Source of the DNA: an uncultured Clostridia bacterium | Lineage (GTDB): Bacteria > Bacillota > Clostridia > TANB77 > UBA1234 | Assembly (NCBI GenBank): GCA_934149405.1 | Contig: CAKPEV010000002.1 | Location: 194,489 to 258,488 of the forward strand | Reading direction: 5' to 3' | DNA: 64,000 bases | Shown: positions 22,101 to 29,762 of the stretch, piece after piece | Layout of the letters: every line of letters begins with the position of its first letter | Position numbering within the stretch: position 1 is the first letter of the stretch | Made by a program: the position numbers and the translations under genes | The notes under the pieces: generated by a model | The model's database searches: none | What the model was told of the DNA's origin: nothing | What the model saw: only the letters and a program-made list of their open reading frames with translations

Positions 22101-25100
22101 ATTACTTGCAATCAAACAACAGACGTGGAGTCAGATAGCGTAGTTATATATTATGAATACAGAAAGAGTGGCGATAGTGCTTTTACAAAAACAGATTTGA
22201 ATGTTATAGAAGGACTGGAAGGAAATACTTACTACGAATTCAGAACTGTTTTAAGAGATATAACTGGAAATGAAGTTGCGTCAGATTCAGTTGTAAAATT
22301 CGTAGAATCAATAACACCTGAACTTACAATCAATGTAACAACTCCAAATGCAGGTACATACGCTTTTGGTACAATTATAAATATTGATGCTAAATTTACA
22401 AAGCCCATAAAATTAGTTACAAATCCAACACTTGTAATAAAATTTGGCACCGGAAAGAACATCTCATTAGATGGTACTTTTGATGAAGAAAACAATTTGA
22501 TTAAATATACATATACTGTACAACTTGCTGATTTAGGAGAATTAACAGGGGTAAGCTTCAAAGGAAAAGTAAGAGCCTTAGATGGAAAAGTAATAGAATA
22601 TAATTTCGCTCCATCATTAGAGGCATTTGGCGTGCTTGCAAGAACAGGTGTGAGAAAAATAGATCAAAGCGGAGATGCAACATACTATCCATATATTCAA
22701 AATGCGATCGATAGCATAAATGATAATAAAGTCGAAGAAACAATAGAGTTACTTTTAAATGAAGATGTTGAAACGGCAATTGTTGTTGAAGAAAACAAAA
22801 AAGTTTTCTTATATCAAAATGGTAAGGATATTGTTTCAAACGGTGGAGATTACAAGATATTCATAAATAAAGGCGAGCTAAGAATTAGTGAAGAACTTGG
22901 TACAGGCAAAATTATAGTTAATGCAGTAGATAATGGGGTAGGAATTGAAAACCTTGGAAAGTTAACAATTGAAACTGGATATATACAAACAAAGACAACT
23001 AACACATCGGGAAGTGCAGTGGGAATTTCAAATAAAGGTACGCTTATTGTTGGAAAGAACGATGGCAACGTTAGTGAGCAAAGCCCAATAATTGATTCAA
23101 CAGAATTTGGTGTATACGTGTCAGATGGCGGAACATTTGAATTCTATGATGGTGTAATAATGGGTGCAAGAGGCAAATCATATTATGGAAAAATTACAAC
23201 TTGTGATGGATACAACATTGTTACTCAAAACATTGAAACAGCAAGAGAGAAAACGTACATCGGAGTGGATAGAATTCCACCAAGAATAGATTATGAAATT
23301 TTAACAAAAGGCTGGAGAAAAGATTTTGTAAAGGTTAAAATAACTGTTTTTGATGAAGAATCAGGCATTAAGATAGTTAAGTTAAATACAGAAGAACTTG
23401 TAATGGATGCAGATTTAACTAAAGAAGTTCAATTTGATGAAAACGGAGAGTATGTAGTTTATGCAGAAGACAATGTTGGAAACAGCTCATATAAGATAAT
23501 ACAAATTAACACTATAGATAAAGAAGCACCAAACATTTTATCAATAACAGCTGATGAAGAAATTTCTGATACAGAAATTAAAGTACTTGTTACAGTTAGA
23601 GATTATCAATCAGGTCTAGCAGGAATTATAATTAAAAATGTTGATGAAGTTCCGACGGATGATGAAAACTGGATTTTATTAGATAAGTATCCTACATCAA
23701 AACAAATCATACCAGTTGCAATAAAGAGAGGAGAAACAAATTACTGCTTCGCAAAAGATAGAGCCGGAAATATCGGCAAATATGACGGCGAAATCATAGT
23801 AGATGAAATAGATAAAATAGCTCCAGTAATACAAAGTGCAAAAATAATCAAAGAAAATGGTAAAGATTATATTATAGGTAAAGCTGTTTTAGTAGATGTT
23901 ATTGCTACAGATAATATTGGAGTAACAGACATTTTAATTACGAGTCAAAACATGTCAGATAACGATGTTAAGGCTTCGGAAGATTGGAAAGAATATACGA
24001 GATATAATGTATACAAATTGCCTGTTGAAGGAGATAAGTTATATACAATATATATTTGGGTAAAAGATGCAGCTGGAAATATAAGCTTGCATGCGACAGC
24101 AAGTTCAGAACTAAAAGCATTAATCATAGGAGACAATGAGAAAGATTATGTTGGAAGTGATGTGATATATAATAAATCAAGACTAAGATTTAGAATAAAG
24201 GACTGGAACTATGATTATAATCCAGAAAATGCTTTAGAGAAAAAAGACATCTTACTAAGATTAACATCAGGAGATAAAGTAATAAGAAACATTCAAACAG
24301 GATTAACATTAACCAAAATTAAAGATTACGTTTCAATGGATAGCGACCAATACAAAGGCGAATTATACGAATTAGGTATGGAAAATATACCTGGTACAGG
24401 CAACTTAAGCTTAGTAGTACTAGGTGGTGCAGTATCAGATATGGCTAGAAACGCAATTCAGGGTGTTGCTAAATTAACAGACATATTTATAGATAATAAC
24501 TCACCAAAAGTAAAAGTTGAAAATACGGACTTATATGACGAAAATCAAAAATTAATAAGAAATATAACAGTTGTAGATAACGAAAACAACTTAATTCAAG
24601 CAATAGAAGTATCATATAAAGGTGTAACAAAAACATATAACTTAAGCAATGGCAAAATATCATTAGGACTTTTAGATGGCGAAAAAATAGTTGCATACGA
24701 TAAAGCCGGAAATACATTGACTCATATCGTAGGAAGTTCAGTTGAACCAATGCTTACAGCAGATAAATATGACGTAACTCTTGTTTATGGTGGTGAAGCA
24801 GAAAAATTCGGATACGTATATAATGGAGATGGTGCAATTTATATCGAATCGAGCGATACATCAATAGCTAATGCTTCTATAAATACAAACACAAAAGAAA
24901 TTACCGTATTACCAGTAAACGCTGGTGAATGTGAAATAACAGTAAGAACTCTTGGAACTAAGAATTACATGGATGCGAAAATGAAAATACATATAACTGT
25001 AAAGAAGAGACCAGTTATATTAGAATGGTCAAATGGAGTATTTAACTACGACGGAACAGAAAAGAGCGTTACAGCAATTGTAAAGAATGTTATTTTAGGT

Positions 25101-26729
25101 GACGGAGTGCCAATTGGAGAATACAGAAATAGTATAAGAATTAACTCGGGTAAATACACAGCAGAGGTACTAAGTGTAGATAACAACAACTATACAGTCG
25201 AAGGCGGAACAAATATTACATTCGACTGGGAGATAAAGAAAGTAGACAGAATTGTAACATTAGATAAAGATGATGTAAGTATTAGAATGCCAGATACAGC
25301 AACAATCAATTTTACATATACAGGCGAAGAAGCAAAAGGAATAACAACTACAATATCTGGTGAGAACATGGTTGAGCCGGTAATAAAAGAAGCACATGGA
25401 GAAGGAACAATAACATTAAACCCTCTTACAGTGGGACATAGCACAACACTAATACTAAACATACCAGAATCAACAAACTATAACGCAGCAAGTGTAAGCA
25501 TAAACGTAAGAGTTACAAAATTACTTACAGTATTCTTTGATGCACAAGGTGGAACACCGGCATATCATACAAGAACTGTTGAATACGATGAGCCATATGG
25601 CGAATTACCAGTTTCAACGAATGGAGTAAGAACATTTATAGGATGGTTCACAGAAAAAGAAGGAAAAGGCACATTAATAACAGCAGATACAATCGTAAGT
25701 ATAAAAGATAAACATACATTGTATGCTTGCTGGAACAGAGCACCGGAAAATGTAACTGTAAAAGTAAAATCAAAAACAACAAATTCGATAACATTTACAA
25801 TGTCAGCAACAGATAAAGATGGAGACGAATTAACATTTGATGTTTATGTTAATGGAAGTTATAAAACAACAACAGCAAAAGTCGCTTCTGGTAGTAGCAC
25901 AGAGTACACAGTTACAGGTTTATCAAGATACACATATTATTCTTACTATGTAATAGCAAGTGATGGAATGCAAGAAGCACAAAGTGCAACAGGAAACGTA
26001 AGGACATATTGTCCTGGTGATGACTATACATGTTATCCATCGTATTGTGATGGTTATACATACAAAGTTACTACATGTAGTAGATGTGGTGGTGACGGAG
26101 AAGCAAGTGAATGGTGTAGTGGAGGTGGAACAAGTACATGTTCATCATGTAATGGAAAAGGAACATACACTTGTTCAGGAGGCTCGTCATCGACATCGAA
26201 GTGTTCTATTTGTGACGGTAGCGGCTCTTGCCCAGGAACTCCACATGAAACAAACGTAAGGACGTTTACTTGCTCAAATGGACATACAGACGCAACGCAT
26301 ACTGATTATAGATGTGATACTTGCGGTATAACAGGTGAAAGTGAGTATTGTCCACATTGGACAGACGGAGTAGCTTGTATACAATGGGGAACGAATAATC
26401 ATGCAGGCAATTGTGGTGGCTGTGGAGGCACTGGAAAAGTAGGAAGTTCTACAACTTGTTCACACGGCTATACAAGCTCACATACAGCAAGTTGTACTAA
26501 TTGTGGTGGAGATGGCGAAATATCATATACATGTAGTCATGGATACAGTAGTGGACATGATTATACAACAACATGTAGTAGATGCGATGGTAAAGGTGAA
26601 GCAACAGAGGCAACAAGACCTTGTCCACACGGATATTCTTCTTCACACTACTATTGTTCACATATTTCAAATGGCTCATCATCAACACACAAATATTGTA
26701 GCCATGGTAATGTGGGTCAACACGATTAA
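19116..26729 (+). CDS. N-terminally anchored giant surface protein (DUF285/BspA-type LRR, FN3, Ig-like, Flg_new repeat, C-terminal Cys/His-rich zinc-finger-like array)
   Basis: 2,537-aa ORF with a GGGGA-type Shine-Dalgarno. The N-terminal hydrophobic helix is KSIFLVGAMMLIFGG. A WGDG..THTY unit plus a 26-residue repeat block lies at nt ~20030-20925, and FN3-like segments are present (..LTWQKHKDPNAKYELSYK..). An FFDAQGGTP..GWFTE Listeria-Bacteroides repeat is present. The last ~236 aa are Cys/His-rich with six CxxCxGxG motifs. Confidence 0.9.
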   Translation: MKRKSIFLVGAMMLIFGGSTVSLRNKVLATESGSVESVSITQECTHEKLKYIYAGLTHSIECEECGEDLESETHIDKDNDMRCDACLAKLSAVAPTTAEGYVSSNLTLDDKIKISIKANRDEVNGISVSAWYGKSPLEKLEQGVDEEGKTYYKGSTYSIKAEYNENTACYEADVNFSDVNGKDGKYYFDALIFGKTGSQRYVRLSVVEYVKNGISTVSTYRNTDGTLDVSIKAVEGGEIYIAKNGEEPTDESNWVSYNPNQIYTVQDENIEVKEIGVYYRALTAAGAVMKAPTILRAPSASDSKTMVTEWTIPNANTEVILPIQGVGINVTINWGDGTTAQITSEFPTHTYTTAGTYDVTMTGTCPVFGYTGMNAPATTSEFYTFTQYLTGVKQFGELSATRYGFSNCGKLQYVSGDATENTFANVTDMSNMFAYCDRLASLDLNGFDTSNVTNMSGMFWVCMRLTEIDISTFDTSNVTNMERMFSTCNALKKVIVTGLDTSNVVRFGSMFSSCNKLEEIDLTAFNFSVAKDISNMFSYCNSLEKIDTSCIRLGSNCNVGGMFGNCAKIKSLDLSFIDSEKVTNPDRLLYKASSLETIIINKKFPAGATDIFTGTTNLKKIILTDATPTIDQFATVKDDIPNVTFYVPGENAETAYESAWSSDFSVDRIRPILELAGDKEITIGTYEDYDTEDYLVMGIDVSNSGDYMTLGYNVEHNSTVVSDTPGTYEHEYILTRTVDGVKTTIMSVKKIVTVDKKAITAPDKFKASQHADTRIITLTWQKHKDPNAKYELSYKNTEGTWEILSTTADTPYLHKGLSPNQTFEYRLRAYDDISYSSYTYTQGSTKPNIISGDTVLDTVKPIINFISYAPLDKYSRIGKSFEILFSVTDNNYYSAYNKTSGDTIKIMIGDKTVPANAISIIKETITSGENVKVVVNKMPNISASGEIKLVIPADTIKDKALNGNIEMEYETPVIYVNSNITTDAPDVEIEYNKATITCNQTTDVESDSVVIYYEYRKSGDSAFTKTDLNVIEGLEGNTYYEFRTVLRDITGNEVASDSVVKFVESITPELTINVTTPNAGTYAFGTIINIDAKFTKPIKLVTNPTLVIKFGTGKNISLDGTFDEENNLIKYTYTVQLADLGELTGVSFKGKVRALDGKVIEYNFAPSLEAFGVLARTGVRKIDQSGDATYYPYIQNAIDSINDNKVEETIELLLNEDVETAIVVEENKKVFLYQNGKDIVSNGGDYKIFINKGELRISEELGTGKIIVNAVDNGVGIENLGKLTIETGYIQTKTTNTSGSAVGISNKGTLIVGKNDGNVSEQSPIIDSTEFGVYVSDGGTFEFYDGVIMGARGKSYYGKITTCDGYNIVTQNIETAREKTYIGVDRIPPRIDYEILTKGWRKDFVKVKITVFDEESGIKIVKLNTEELVMDADLTKEVQFDENGEYVVYAEDNVGNSSYKIIQINTIDKEAPNILSITADEEISDTEIKVLVTVRDYQSGLAGIIIKNVDEVPTDDENWILLDKYPTSKQIIPVAIKRGETNYCFAKDRAGNIGKYDGEIIVDEIDKIAPVIQSAKIIKENGKDYIIGKAVLVDVIATDNIGVTDILITSQNMSDNDVKASEDWKEYTRYNVYKLPVEGDKLYTIYIWVKDAAGNISLHATASSELKALIIGDNEKDYVGSDVIYNKSRLRFRIKDWNYDYNPENALEKKDILLRLTSGDKVIRNIQTGLTLTKIKDYVSMDSDQYKGELYELGMENIPGTGNLSLVVLGGAVSDMARNAIQGVAKLTDIFIDNNSPKVKVENTDLYDENQKLIRNITVVDNENNLIQAIEVSYKGVTKTYNLSNGKISLGLLDGEKIVAYDKAGNTLTHIVGSSVEPMLTADKYDVTLVYGGEAEKFGYVYNGDGAIYIESSDTSIANASINTNTKEITVLPVNAGECEITVRTLGTKNYMDAKMKIHITVKKRPVILEWSNGVFNYDGTEKSVTAIVKNVILGDGVPIGEYRNSIRINSGKYTAEVLSVDNNNYTVEGGTNITFDWEIKKVDRIVTLDKDDVSIRMPDTATINFTYTGEEAKGITTTISGENMVEPVIKEAHGEGTITLNPLTVGHSTTLILNIPESTNYNAASVSINVRVTKLLTVFFDAQGGTPAYHTRTVEYDEPYGELPVSTNGVRTFIGWFTEKEGKGTLITADTIVSIKDKHTLYACWNRAPENVTVKVKSKTTNSITFTMSATDKDGDELTFDVYVNGSYKTTTAKVASGSSTEYTVTGLSRYTYYSYYVIASDGMQEAQSATGNVRTYCPGDDYTCYPSYCDGYTYKVTTCSRCGGDGEASEWCSGGGTSTCSSCNGKGTYTCSGGSSSTSKCSICDGSGSCPGTPHETNVRTFTCSNGHTDATHTDYRCDTCGITGESEYCPHWTDGVACIQWGTNNHAGNCGGCGGTGKVGSSTTCSHGYTSSHTASCTNCGGDGEISYTCSHGYSSGHDYTTTCSRCDGKGEATEATRPCPHGYSSSHYYCSHISNGSSSTHKYCSHGNVGQHD
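20379..20925 (+). repeat. in-frame 26-residue (78-nt) LRR repeat block, divergent copies (approximate bounds)
   Basis: Periodic ..M[SE]xMFxxCxxLxx[IL]D[LI][10 protein letters not shown].. units are seen in the translation. Confidence 0.7.
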
Positions 26730-26762
26730 TTTAACAAACCTAAGTGATTCAAAATCACATTA

Positions 26763-26795
26763 GACTGCTAGCAAAAATTTTGCTGGCAGTCTTTT
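26763..26795 (+). terminator. intrinsic terminator after the 2,537-aa gene
   Basis: gactgctagcaaaa / ttttgctggcagtc 14-bp stem (one G-U pair) followed by TTTT. Confidence 0.75.
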
Positions 26796-26838
26796 GATAT
26801 ATTAATGTATAAAAACGTTTCTTTGTCATATAATATTA

Positions 26839-26867
26839 TTGACAATACACATAATGCGTATTATAAT
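26839..26867 (+). promoter_or_regulatory. putative sigma-A promoter of hicAB with overlapping inverted repeat
   Basis: TTGACA (26839-44), 17 nt, TATAAT (26862-67). The inverted repeat ttgtca-N11-tgacaa (26823-45) overlaps the -35 element. Confidence 0.6.
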
Positions 26868-26892
26868 AAGAAGTATCGAAAGGAGGAAAGTC

Positions 26893-27079
26893 ATGAATTT
26901 CCGACAAGTAGATAAGTTATTAAGAGAAGATGGATGGTATTGTATAGGAGCTTCGAAAAGTTCTCATTATCAATATAAACATTCAAGCAAACCACGGCAA
27001 GGTAACTATACCAAAGCATGCTGGCGATTTGCCTACGAAAACTCTTAATAGCATACTTAAACAAGCAAGGTTAAAATAG
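26893..27079 (+). pseudogene. hicA: hicA toxin (YcfA/HicA family), disrupted by a +1 frameshift
   Basis: AGGAGG (26881-86) precedes ATG 26893. Frame 1 gives MNFRQVDKLLREDGWYCIGASKSSHYQYKHSSKP, then junk to a stop at 27048. Skipping one base at ~26995 continues as GKVTIPKHAGDLPTKTLNSILKQARLK to the stop at 27077-79, which is the conserved HicA C-terminus. Confidence 0.65.
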
Positions 27080-27116
27080 ACCTTGCTTGTAAATATATAA
27101 TTTAGGGGGTGTGAGT

Positions 27117-27554
27117 ATGAAAGTTATTTATCCAGTTTGCATTTTTCAAACAAAAGAAGAATATATGGCTTTTGTTCCAGACCTAGATACGAATAATACT
27201 TATGGTAAAACATTGGAGGAAGCCTTGTATATGGCACAAGATTTAATTGCAACATATATATTGGAAGATTTAGATGATGTAAGCAAAAATGAAATTCCAA
27301 AACAAAGTAATATTGAAGATATAGATATAAAAAAGGTTCAAAAATATTGGGAGATTGAAGATAAAGACATAATTAGTTCGTTTAAAACTTTAGTTTTAGT
27401 GGATTTAGATGAATTTGCACAAAAATGGAGTAACAAATCTGTTAGAAAAAATTTAACAATTCCTCAATGGCTTAATACAAAAGCAGAATCATTAAATATA
27501 AACTTTTCACAAGTATTGCAAGAGGCATTAATGCAGAAAATATATAAAAAATAA
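27117..27554 (+). CDS. hicB: HicB family antitoxin (UPF0150 fold N-terminus, RHH-like C-terminus)
   Basis: The GGGGG Shine-Dalgarno (27105-09) is 7 nt before ATG 27117; the ORF track starts at GTG 27111. The N-terminus is YPVCIFQTKEEYMAFVPDLDTNNTYGKTLEEALYMAQDLI, and the gene is immediately downstream of hicA. Confidence 0.7.
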   Translation: MKVIYPVCIFQTKEEYMAFVPDLDTNNTYGKTLEEALYMAQDLIATYILEDLDDVSKNEIPKQSNIEDIDIKKVQKYWEIEDKDIISSFKTLVLVDLDEFAQKWSNKSVRKNLTIPQWLNTKAESLNINFSQVLQEALMQKIYKK

Positions 27555-27580
27555 TATTACAAAAGAAACCATATTAATGT

Positions 27581-27627
27581 GAACTCAAATTGTTAAATAA
27601 AAATTTACAATTTGGGTTCTCTTTTTT
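27581..27627 (+). terminator. intrinsic terminator; copy 1 of a ~48-bp repeated hairpin element
   Basis: gaactcaaattgt (27581-93) / acaatttgggttc (27607-19) followed by TCTTTTTT. A near-identical element lies at 54011-54060. Confidence 0.75.
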
Positions 27628-27744
27628 ATGTATTGTACATGATTTATCATAAACAATAATACAAAAATTTCACAAACCAATGTCTTGTGCGATATTTATA
27701 TTTGGGTGTATAATCTAGCTATTACAATAGTGAGGAGAGATAAA

Positions 27745-28977
27745 ATGAAAAAGTATTTTATTTTATTATTAAGTATTCTAGTGCTATGCGTAGGACAAGC
27801 TGTCTTTGCTACGGACACAAAGGAATACATAGAATATTCGTCTGGTGAGAAAGATGATGGTTCGATATATTTAGATTCGTATGAGGATTATTTAAAAGCG
27901 CTTGGAAATGTTGATGAGCAAGAAGTGTACAAGGAGCAATATTTATCAGATTTAGCGAATGCAGTTCTTAATTATGATTTAACAGAAAGACCAGATGTTG
28001 TAAAAGCTAGAGTGCTTAATGTTGAAGGAAAGAAAGAATATTATTCGTATGATAGCTATGGCTTGTCTAAAATATCATATCAGCCAGTTAATGTTCAAGT
28101 GCTAGAAGGAAAGCACAAAGGCGAGACGTATGATATCTCATATATTTTAACTGCAGATAGCTACGAGAATTTGAAAGTCAAAGAATTAAAAGCAAATCAA
28201 AAAATAAATATAGTAATAAGTGAATCAGGCGATGAATCCTACGCGTACGCGACAACAGTTGATTCTGCTGTGAATAGAGTGCCATTAACAGTTGCATTAA
28301 TTATTGTTGCTGTGCTATTGATGATTGTATATTTAGGAAAGCAAGGTATGAAAATTATCCCACAAATGATATTGCTAGCAGATATGGTAATGCTTGTGCT
28401 AGTGCCAGAACTATTTGCAGGAAGAAGTTTATTATGGCTAACAATAGTTACATCAATTTTATATATCATAGTTGAATCGGTAATTAAAGTTGGACTAAAC
28501 TCTAAAGCAGTTGCTGCAATATTTTCAACGATCGTTGTTACACTAGCGTTAACAGTTGTACTAGTTGGCGTTTCAAATATAGCAAACTTCTCAGGTATAA
28601 CATATGAAGTGTTAAATATGTTGGAAAGTTTTCCAAAAGGAACAATAGATTTTTATATGCTTTATATATCTAGCTTTATTTTACTATGCATGATTGTAAC
28701 ATCAAATATATCATGCATGGCGATTAACACAAACGGAGATAAAAAAGCGATAAAAGAAAACATAGCAGAAAAATTACCACTATTTATCGGAATACTATTT
28801 GTATCAATAATACCAAAATACTTGTATTTGCTTATATCTAAATACACATACGACGAAATAATAAATTCAGAAATGTTGCTTACGGATGTGTATAAAATAA
28901 TATTCTTAATAATAGCTATGGTGGTAACTGTGCAAATTACAGAATACGCAAAGAAGTTGTTTGTGGACGAGAAATAA
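27745..28977 (+). CDS. YibE/F-like polytopic membrane protein
   Basis: GAGGAG Shine-Dalgarno (27732-37) precedes ATG 27745; the ORF track starts at TTG 27685. It has a signal peptide MKKYFILLLSILVLCVGQAVFA and a ~170-aa extracytoplasmic domain, followed by multiple hydrophobic helices. The family call is from memory of this architecture. Confidence 0.55.
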   Translation: MKKYFILLLSILVLCVGQAVFATDTKEYIEYSSGEKDDGSIYLDSYEDYLKALGNVDEQEVYKEQYLSDLANAVLNYDLTERPDVVKARVLNVEGKKEYYSYDSYGLSKISYQPVNVQVLEGKHKGETYDISYILTADSYENLKVKELKANQKINIVISESGDESYAYATTVDSAVNRVPLTVALIIVAVLLMIVYLGKQGMKIIPQMILLADMVMLVLVPELFAGRSLLWLTIVTSILYIIVESVIKVGLNSKAVAAIFSTIVVTLALTVVLVGVSNIANFSGITYEVLNMLESFPKGTIDFYMLYISSFILLCMIVTSNISCMAINTNGDKKAIKENIAEKLPLFIGILFVSIIPKYLYLLISKYTYDEIINSEMLLTDVYKIIFLIIAMVVTVQITEYAKKLFVDEK

Positions 28978-28990
28978 AAAGAATAAAAAT

Positions 28991-29032
28991 AAGGACGTAG
29001 AAAAATTTAATATTTCTATGTCCTTATTTTTT
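28991..29032 (+). terminator. intrinsic terminator after the YibE/F-like gene
   Basis: aaggacgtagaaa (28991-29003) / tttctatgtcctt (29013-25), a 13-bp stem followed by ATTTTTT. Confidence 0.8.
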
Positions 29033-29244
29033 ATTGATACAAAATTAGTGATAAAATCAAAATAATACGACAATTTCAAAAAATGTGAAACAAATTAGAG
29101 AAAAAAACGCAAAAAAGTTTCACATTTTTTAAGATTTATATTAAAGAGAAATGTTACATGAGTATATAGAAAAAATGCCCCAAAGAAATAGTATTTAGTG
29201 TACTGTACAAAAGCATAAGAAAATAAATTTTGTTTAGTAGAACA

Positions 29245-29287
29245 GCACAAACGTAGGCTTTCGATTAATGAAAGCCGATGTTTGTGC
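29245..29287. other. strong 18-bp hairpin of unknown function in the long intergenic region
   Basis: gcacaaacgtaggctttc (29245-62), loop gattaat, gaaagccgatgtttgtgc (29270-87), with one mismatch and one G-U pair. There is no flanking T-run on either strand. Confidence 0.5.
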
Positions 29288-29400
29288 TTAAAGGTACAAC
29301 AGAAGTTAAGAAGTATACTTTTTATCAAAACCCGCCAACTCTTACGCACGCCATATACTACGAGTATAAAATCAAGTTAATAATCGAAATGTTACGAAAA

Positions 29401-29437
29401 TATTACAAGCATGTTACGTTGCTTGTAATATTTTTTT
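29401..29437 (+). terminator. terminator-like hairpin + T7, homologous to 18897-18934
   Basis: tattacaagc (29401-10) / gcttgtaata (29421-30) followed by TTTTTTT. It lies ~120 nt upstream of the operon promoter, although the upstream gene already has its own terminator at 28991-29032. Confidence 0.4.
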
Positions 29438-29554
29438 AACCCAAATTTAACAATGTATAAAAATGCAAAATTTTAAAAGTAGGAGTTTGTATTTCCGTAA
29501 AAAGAAGTTTGATAGAAGATTTCTAAACGCACGTGTATGCACGTTTTCAAGGAC

Positions 29555-29583
29555 TAGACACAAAAAAATTATATATTTATAAT
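29555..29583 (+). promoter_or_regulatory. putative sigma-A promoter of the 29763-47601 surface-protein operon
   Basis: TAGACA (29555-60), 17 nt, TATAAT (29578-83). The flanks are homologous to the promoter region at 19052-19079. Confidence 0.5.
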
Positions 29584-29636
29584 AAAAACAAAGTGAGCTA
29601 AAAGATAAGCAGTAAGTTGGCATATGAAGATTAAAA

Positions 29637-29742
29637 AACAAGTGGCAGAGCATGTTGAACTCAACGAATGGCAGAGTATGTGTGAACTTAACAAGTGGCA
29701 AAGCATGTTGATCTCAACAAGTTGCAAAGTGTGTTAACCCTC
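29637..29742 (+). repeat. four tandem 26-27-bp direct repeats in the 5' leader
   Basis: The four units are aacaagtggcagagcatgttgaactc (29637-62), aacgaatggcagagtatgtgtgaactt (29663-89), aacaagtggcaaagcatgttgatctc (29690-715) and aacaagttgcaaagtgtgttaaccctc (29716-42). The array ends 5 nt before the AAAGGA Shine-Dalgarno of the 29763 gene. Confidence 0.85.
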
Positions 29743-29762
29743 ACGAAGAAAGGAATGAGCAT

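Noticed and set aside
26017-26763. Alternative-frame His/Val-rich ORFs (26017-26259, 26503-26763, and 26497-26688 on the minus strand).
   Set aside because: They are by-products of the Cys/Gly/Ser/His-rich codon repeats of the main frame, which continues uninterrupted from 19116.
26839-26892. The ORF-track start (TTG 26839) for the 69-aa ORF.
   Set aside because: That TTG is the first half of the TTGACA -35 hexamer. AGGAGG followed by ATG at 26893 is the credible start, and the ORF is a frameshifted hicA.
29562-29568. An A7 tract in the -35/-10 spacer of the operon promoter as a phase-variation switch.
   Set aside because: Seven bases is short for efficient slippage, and the homologous promoter at 19052-79 lacks the tract. 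There is no evidence for it beyond its presence.
29624-29737. A 37-codon ORF (MKIKKQVAEHVELNEWQSMCELNKWQSMLISTSCKVC) spanning the tandem repeats, as a possible leader peptide.
   Set aside because: There is no recognisable Shine-Dalgarno before ATG 29624, and the 26/27-nt repeat lengths shift frame between units. The repeat is therefore not conserved at peptide level.
29641-29742. TGGCAG-N-..TTGA within the tandem repeats as sigma-54 (-24/-12) promoters.
   Set aside because: The spacing between GG and the putative TTGC element is off by one and the -12 GC is missing (TTGA). No enhancer-binding protein gene is nearby.
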